NCBI GenBank assembly: GCA_016933055.1
Contig: JAFGBS010000027.1
Coordinates: 60,001 to 92,000, forward strand
DNA length: 32,000 nucleotides
DNA from: Promethearchaeota archaeon
GTDB lineage: Archaea > Asgardarchaeota > Lokiarchaeia > Sigyniarchaeales > Promethearchaeaceae
Reading direction: 5' to 3'
This document shows, in pieces, positions 27,512 to 32,000 of the stretch; within the stretch, counting starts at the first letter, position 1; the number at the start of each line of letters is the position of its first letter. Position numbers and translations under genes: made by a program. The notes below the pieces were generated by a model. That model did no database searches. It saw only the letters and a program-made list of their open reading frames with translations, and was not told where the DNA came from.

Positions 27512-28333
27512 ATGAAACGAAAATTAACTATTATAAAACTTGGTGGATCCCTTCTTACCGATAAATCTGTACCATACACCGCAAAAACCGACACTATCTC
27601 CTCTGTTGGTAAAGAATTGAAGGAGTGTTTAGAGTCAGGACTAATCGAAGATTTGATTATAATCCATGGAGTCGGTTCCTTTGGACATATCCCAGTTCTT
27701 AAACATAAATTACATCTTGGATTACAAAATGAAGAACAGTTAATTGCGATGTCCCGAACTCAACACGAAATTAATCAATTTCGTTTGAAATTGACTGAAA
27801 TTTTTATAGAAAATGGGCTACCAGTTAATTTGTTGCATGCTTCCTCATTTTGTGTTAGTAAGAAAATGAAGATCTCTGAAAATTTCACAAATTCGGTTAA
27901 AGGATATATGTCTATTGGGATGATCCCTCTAATTGGAGGAGATATGTTATATGATTCAAAGATGGGATTCAGTGTAGGAAGTGGAGATCAATTTATGGTA
28001 TTATTTGCAAAGAAATTTTCTGCAGATAATTTGATTTTTGTTTCCGATGTCGATGGAGTATTTACATCAGATCCTAAAAACAATCCCAATGCTCAAATTC
28101 TTTCCTCTATTAAAATTAAAGATTTAGGAGAACTAATTAAAAAAACCGTTAGTTCCCCGTTAAATGACGTTAGCGGAGCAATGAAAGGGAAATTAAGAGC
28201 AATATACTCTCTTAAAAGCGAGATCAATAATGGCAAAAATGTGTGTCTATTATCAATGAATACCTATGGAAAATTAAAATCACTACTGTCTGCTGTACAA
28301 CCTTCACCATCTCATACCAGATTTGTTAAATGA
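27512..28333 (+). CDS. ipk: Isopentenyl phosphate kinase family protein (amino-acid kinase fold)
   Basis: IIKLGGSLLTDK, HGVGSFGH (IPK catalytic His), SGD, SDVDGVF..DP and DVSGAMKGK. Confidence 0.85.
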   Translation: MKRKLTIIKLGGSLLTDKSVPYTAKTDTISSVGKELKECLESGLIEDLIIIHGVGSFGHIPVLKHKLHLGLQNEEQLIAMSRTQHEINQFRLKLTEIFIENGLPVNLLHASSFCVSKKMKISENFTNSVKGYMSIGMIPLIGGDMLYDSKMGFSVGSGDQFMVLFAKKFSADNLIFVSDVDGVFTSDPKNNPNAQILSSIKIKDLGELIKKTVSSPLNDVSGAMKGKLRAIYSLKSEINNGKNVCLLSMNTYGKLKSLLSAVQPSPSHTRFVK

Positions 28334-28386
28334 TTCTATAATAAAAAAAATATTTGAAATTTATTCAGTTTTTTCTTCTAGAGCTT

Positions 28387-29214
28387 TCATCGTGGTTCAG
28401 TAAATCTATTCCAAAGACCGGGAAAGAGTGGTACGATCATGGTTACTGTACTGATTACTGGTGCAATAATAAACATGGAGAATGCTGATTCTACATGGAA
28501 GAAGAACATTGAATAAATAGCCAACGGAAAACCTCCCGTGATTGCTAAAACTGCACCAATTAATCCAGCTACGCGAATCAATTCTTTTTTATTACTCACG
28601 AATAACCCAATCACGAATGTTCCAAAAGCCAGTGAAGCAAGCATATTGATCACTAACACTAACATAAACATTTGAGCAACGATTATGTTATTTGGATCAT
28701 AATGATTCATTAATCGGGTTGTTGAAGCAATTGCGTTTATAAAATTGAGTATGAATGCCATTCCTCCAAATAGACCTAAAAGTATTTTCTTCCATGATTC
28801 CTTCCCCATAACTCGTAGTAGAATAAAATAAAAGATCAGATTAGGTAAGAAAATTCCAAACCATGGTCCTGGAGCCAAAATTCCTGCTTCCATGATAGGA
28901 ATATTTGGCCAGAAACTAGCTTTCAAAGAAATAACGTTCCCCAAAATTGCGAAAGTATAAGCCCATTTTGTCTTTTGAAAGAAGCCAATAGCTGCTATTA
29001 TAAATAATAAACCTCCGATAAATCCAAAATTCGCAAACATGGGGAAGTAGATCGGAACTGAAACTGCACATTCTTGCCCAACATCGATCTCATGCTCAAG
29101 TATGGGTCCCATGTAAAGAAAATTCAACAAAAAATGACCCAAAACACCTCCAATTCCCATTATAAGGGATAGTAATCCCCAAAACCCTGTATTTTTTCTG
29201 TTTTCAATTTCCAA
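28387..29214 (-). CDS. Uncharacterised 8-TM membrane protein, paralogue of 18109-18915
   Basis: Same motif set (GFIGG, SFWPNIPIM, IFLPN, GMA..NFINA.AS); TTG start. Confidence 0.75.
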   Translation of the reverse strand: MEIENRKNTGFWGLLSLIMGIGGVLGHFLLNFLYMGPILEHEIDVGQECAVSVPIYFPMFANFGFIGGLLFIIAAIGFFQKTKWAYTFAILGNVISLKASFWPNIPIMEAGILAPGPWFGIFLPNLIFYFILLRVMGKESWKKILLGLFGGMAFILNFINAIASTTRLMNHYDPNNIIVAQMFMLVLVINMLASLAFGTFVIGLFVSNKKELIRVAGLIGAVLAITGGFPLAIYSMFFFHVESAFSMFIIAPVISTVTMIVPLFPGLWNRFTEPR

Positions 29215-29475
29215 TTTAAAAACCTTTGTTCATAAATATATTATTTCTAGAATAAGGTTCGATGAGGAAATATATAAAAATATCTCTCTCTTTTTCGAAT
29301 TTGGGGTGAAATTTCATATAGATCTAACAACTATCTTTCATAGTTCGGGCTTTATCCCTAAAGGTGTCTCGAATTTTTTTCAGTTCGTTTTTGCACTACT
29401 GGTATAAGAAAAAAATCTAAATTCCCAATATATTATCAACCAGTTTTTTTAATTTTGGTAATAATACACTTTCAT

Positions 29476-30339
29476 ATGAGTATAAGAAAAGTGGGTGCAA
29501 TATTACGAAAACGCCCGACTCTGGAAGGTGCTGGTGTTCGACTCAATCGAATTTTTGGATTCAGTCAAAAAAATATTTTTGACCCCTTTTTGCTACTTGA
29601 TGATTTTTCAGGGGAAAATCCTGAAGACTACATAAAAGGCTTTCCTTGGCATCCACATAGGGGTATTGAAACTATTACATATATTATTTCGGGGAATGTA
29701 GAGCATCAAGATTCTTTAGGTAGTAAAGGCAATATACGTGACAACGAAATTCAATGGATGACTGCGGGAAGTGGGATTCTACATCAAGAAATGCCTTTAA
29801 ATGCGGGTAAACCCTTACAAGGATTCCAACTTTGGGCGAACTTACCCAAATCATATAAGATGATGGACCCTCGATACCGTGACGTTACAACAGACCAAAT
29901 TACATGTGAAAAAATATCAAAAGGAGTAACAGTGAAAGTTATTGCGGGAGAGGTTAATGGAATTCGAGGTCCTGTGCAAGATGTTGTAATAAAACCGATT
30001 TATTTCGATGTTAGTATGGAACCAAATTCCGAATTTAAATTCGAAATTCCACTAGAAAATACCGCAATCGTGTATATATTTGAGGGCAAGGCACAATTTG
30101 GAGAAGAATATAAGAAGGTAGAATCAGGGAATCTAGTTGAGTTGATTACGGGAGATTTTGTACAGATTAAAACTGGTGATACTAAAGCTCGAATGTTGTT
30201 CATCAGTGGGAAACCTATTAAAGAAACAATAGCCTGGTATGGTCCTATAGTAATGAATACACAAGAAGAACTAGAAGCGGCTTTCAAAGAATTTAGAAAT
30301 GGAACATTCGTCAAGAAAAAAGGTAAACAGGTTCTTTAA
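29476..30339 (+). CDS. Pirin family protein (start revised to ATG 29476)
   Basis: EGAGV, DPFLLLD, FPWHPHRGIETITY, WMTAGSGILHQE and YGPIVMNT. Confidence 0.92.
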   Translation: MSIRKVGAILRKRPTLEGAGVRLNRIFGFSQKNIFDPFLLLDDFSGENPEDYIKGFPWHPHRGIETITYIISGNVEHQDSLGSKGNIRDNEIQWMTAGSGILHQEMPLNAGKPLQGFQLWANLPKSYKMMDPRYRDVTTDQITCEKISKGVTVKVIAGEVNGIRGPVQDVVIKPIYFDVSMEPNSEFKFEIPLENTAIVYIFEGKAQFGEEYKKVESGNLVELITGDFVQIKTGDTKARMLFISGKPIKETIAWYGPIVMNTQEELEAAFKEFRNGTFVKKKGKQVL

Positions 30340-30378
30340 ACCAAACAAGATGACTATGAAATTATTCAAAAAAACCCG

Positions 30379-30636
30379 TCATAAATCAAAATCTCGACCT
30401 TTTCCCTTCCTACTATCTCCAACAGAGAAAAATATCCAATCATCCAGAAACCAGAAAAAAAACTCTCGCAAATAAGCAAAATTGATAAAAATTGCACCAA
30501 ATATTAGTTGGATAGGAGTAAATAAGGACATATCGGTTGGAGTTCTGATATTTACATTCAATTAAACCACAAGCGATGTATTCATACTTAAACCTTACAT
30601 TCCCCGTATGAAATCGAGTGAAATAAAGCCTTTCAT
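30379..30636 (-). pseudogene. Possible decayed 5' fragment of a DUF1624/HGSNAT-like membrane protein
   Basis: In-frame upstream extension of the 60-aa ORF reads MKGFISLDFIRGM*GLSMNTSLVV*, resembling the family's N-terminal SLDxxRG motif; TAA at 30595-97 and 30562-64. Confidence 0.35.
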
Positions 30637-30759
30637 ATGATTATGATATACTCCATAACAGTCTATCAAGTTTTACTCCAATATTCTAATAGATATTTAG
30701 ATAATATACACATAACCAAAAAGTCCATAAAATGCCCCTTTCTATAGTTATTTATCAGT

Positions 30760-31308
30760 ATGAGCTCCAATCCCGAATTTCATCTAGCGACTAAAAATCA
30801 ATTACAACATATTAAAGATGGACTCAATAAAATTTCCCCCCAAATTTGGTCATGTTTAGGTGATGAATCAATCAATATTTATGTCCGATACAATAAATTT
30901 GCGGAAATATATTTAGTTCCCACTCAAATGGAACGTAAATTACGCCTAATCCGAGATTTAAAGTGTATCAAGCATACGGGATTATATTTTGGATTTTTAA
31001 AGGGGATTGAATTTCTCTTAAGTCTTGAAGGTGCGGAATTTATTCTAAATACATGCAAGAAAAAGAAAAATATCCCAATAGCTGTCATTACTGTGTCCGA
31101 AGATGCTTCAAAATCATTTCTTTATGGAAATTCACTGAAACCTGAGCAATTTATTCATAGTCCCAACTCTTTAAATCGAAAAGATGTATTTTTCGTTTTT
31201 AATCCTCATAATCGATTTATCGGTATCGGATATATTTATAAACGACAAGATCAAACAGAACTGAGAAATTTAGTAGACTATGGATATTATATAAGGAGGG
31301 GATTTTGA
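30760..31308 (+). CDS. nip7: Nip7-like ribosome biogenesis protein (PUA domain)
   Basis: GLYFG..K..F.LSLEG, FLYG and N..DYGYYIRRG motifs; abuts a Nop2-type gene. Confidence 0.75.
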   Translation: MSSNPEFHLATKNQLQHIKDGLNKISPQIWSCLGDESINIYVRYNKFAEIYLVPTQMERKLRLIRDLKCIKHTGLYFGFLKGIEFLLSLEGAEFILNTCKKKKNIPIAVITVSEDASKSFLYGNSLKPEQFIHSPNSLNRKDVFFVFNPHNRFIGIGYIYKRQDQTELRNLVDYGYYIRRGF

Positions 31309-32000
31309 GTGGAATTTCAATTTAAGGTGTTTGATCCTAGTATTTCAAATACCGCTGATAAAATAGCCACTCACTTTGGATATCGCCCATATATGGTTGA
31401 ACGTTATATTTCCATGTTTGGAATAGACGAAACGCGCGAGTATCTTTTAGCAAATGAGGAATTATCCCCTTTTACTATCAGAGTAAATACCCTCAAAACT
31501 GAGCCCAATTCATTAATCGCATCATTAAAGTCAAAGGGATATACCTTTTCTCAAAATAATATAATTCCAAATGCTTATTCTATTGATTTAAATGAAGAAA
31601 TGATGTCTTTAATCCCGGATGAGTCTCATAATTCAAATGAACACGTATCTTCCCCTCAAGGATATGAGCGCGATACCAAAACACTTAAGCAGTTGGATTG
31701 GGGGCGCCCCTCTTATTTAGATGATGATTATGAAGGAAATTTAGAAAAGAAGCAAAGAAAAAAAAGTTTTAATCATTTACGGGGAAAACACACTGCTACG
31801 CTTGGTTCTACACATGAATATCTGATGGGGGAATACTATATACAAGATCTTGCTTCTATGTTTCCTGCTTTTTATCTCAATCCCCAGAAAACCGATTTTG
31901 TTATTGATATGTGTGCAGCACCTGGAGGAAAAACCACATATCTTGCCCAATTAATGAGTAATCAAGGGAATATATTCGCTCTGGAGAAAGATAAGAAGCG
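31309..32000 (+). CDS. RsmB/Nop2-family RNA m5C methyltransferase, truncated by the window end
   Basis: GTG start after AAGGAGG; open to the window end; IRVNTLK, LGST.EY..G.YYIQD.ASM and VIDMCAAPGGKTT motifs. Confidence 0.9.
   Translation, partial: MEFQFKVFDPSISNTADKIATHFGYRPYMVERYISMFGIDETREYLLANEELSPFTIRVNTLKTEPNSLIASLKSKGYTFSQNNIIPNAYSIDLNEEMMSLIPDESHNSNEHVSSPQGYERDTKTLKQLDWGRPSYLDDDYEGNLEKKQRKKSFNHLRGKHTATLGSTHEYLMGEYYIQDLASMFPAFYLNPQKTDFVIDMCAAPGGKTTYLAQLMSNQGNIFALEKDKK

Noticed and set aside
612-30314. Many short ORFs overlapping longer genes (e.g. 612-824, 998-1288, 1624-1875, 4419-4694, 21446-21814, 25029-25391, 27084-27422, 30000-30314)
   Set aside because: They are antisense or alternate-frame shadows of well-supported genes, with no recognisable motifs

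Overview
AT-rich archaeal chromosomal window, most likely from an Asgard archaeon (Lokiarchaeia-like). This is inferred from BRE/TATA promoters, GGTGA/GGAGG Shine-Dalgarno sites, oligo-T terminators, an HTH_10 regulator, isopentenyl phosphate kinase, a Nip7-Nop2 pair and an SPFH protein with zinc ribbons. No rRNA, tRNA, CRISPR array or transposase is visible. Left to right: a three-gene SPFH/zinc-ribbon operon; a lipid-catabolism region (six-TM glycerophosphodiesterase, two acyl-CoA ligases, lpdA); an intact GNAT plus an uncalled decayed tandem copy; abfD; a divergent PerR-like/catalase pair with a clear operator; two unnamed membrane genes; a tightly coupled nine-gene operon (19214-28333); pirin; a pseudogene fragment; nip7; and a truncated Nop2/RsmB. 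Best candidate for an undescribed system: the nine-gene operon. It encodes a 12-TM protein with His residues in helices 2, 6, 7 and 10 like heme-copper oxidase/NO-reductase subunit I but with a non-canonical active site (HLHIQ, NHY, GHWH). It also encodes an extracytoplasmic SOR-like His3Cys protein, a DUF420/b561-like protein, an FAD plus Fe-S/CCG dehydrogenase pair, heme O synthase, a regulator, a farnesol/phytol-kinase-like protein and IPK. Second highlight: the glycerophosphodiesterase has the 5+1 TM layout and motifs of animal GDE2/3/6. All family comparisons were made by eye from remembered consensus motifs; no alignment or search was run.
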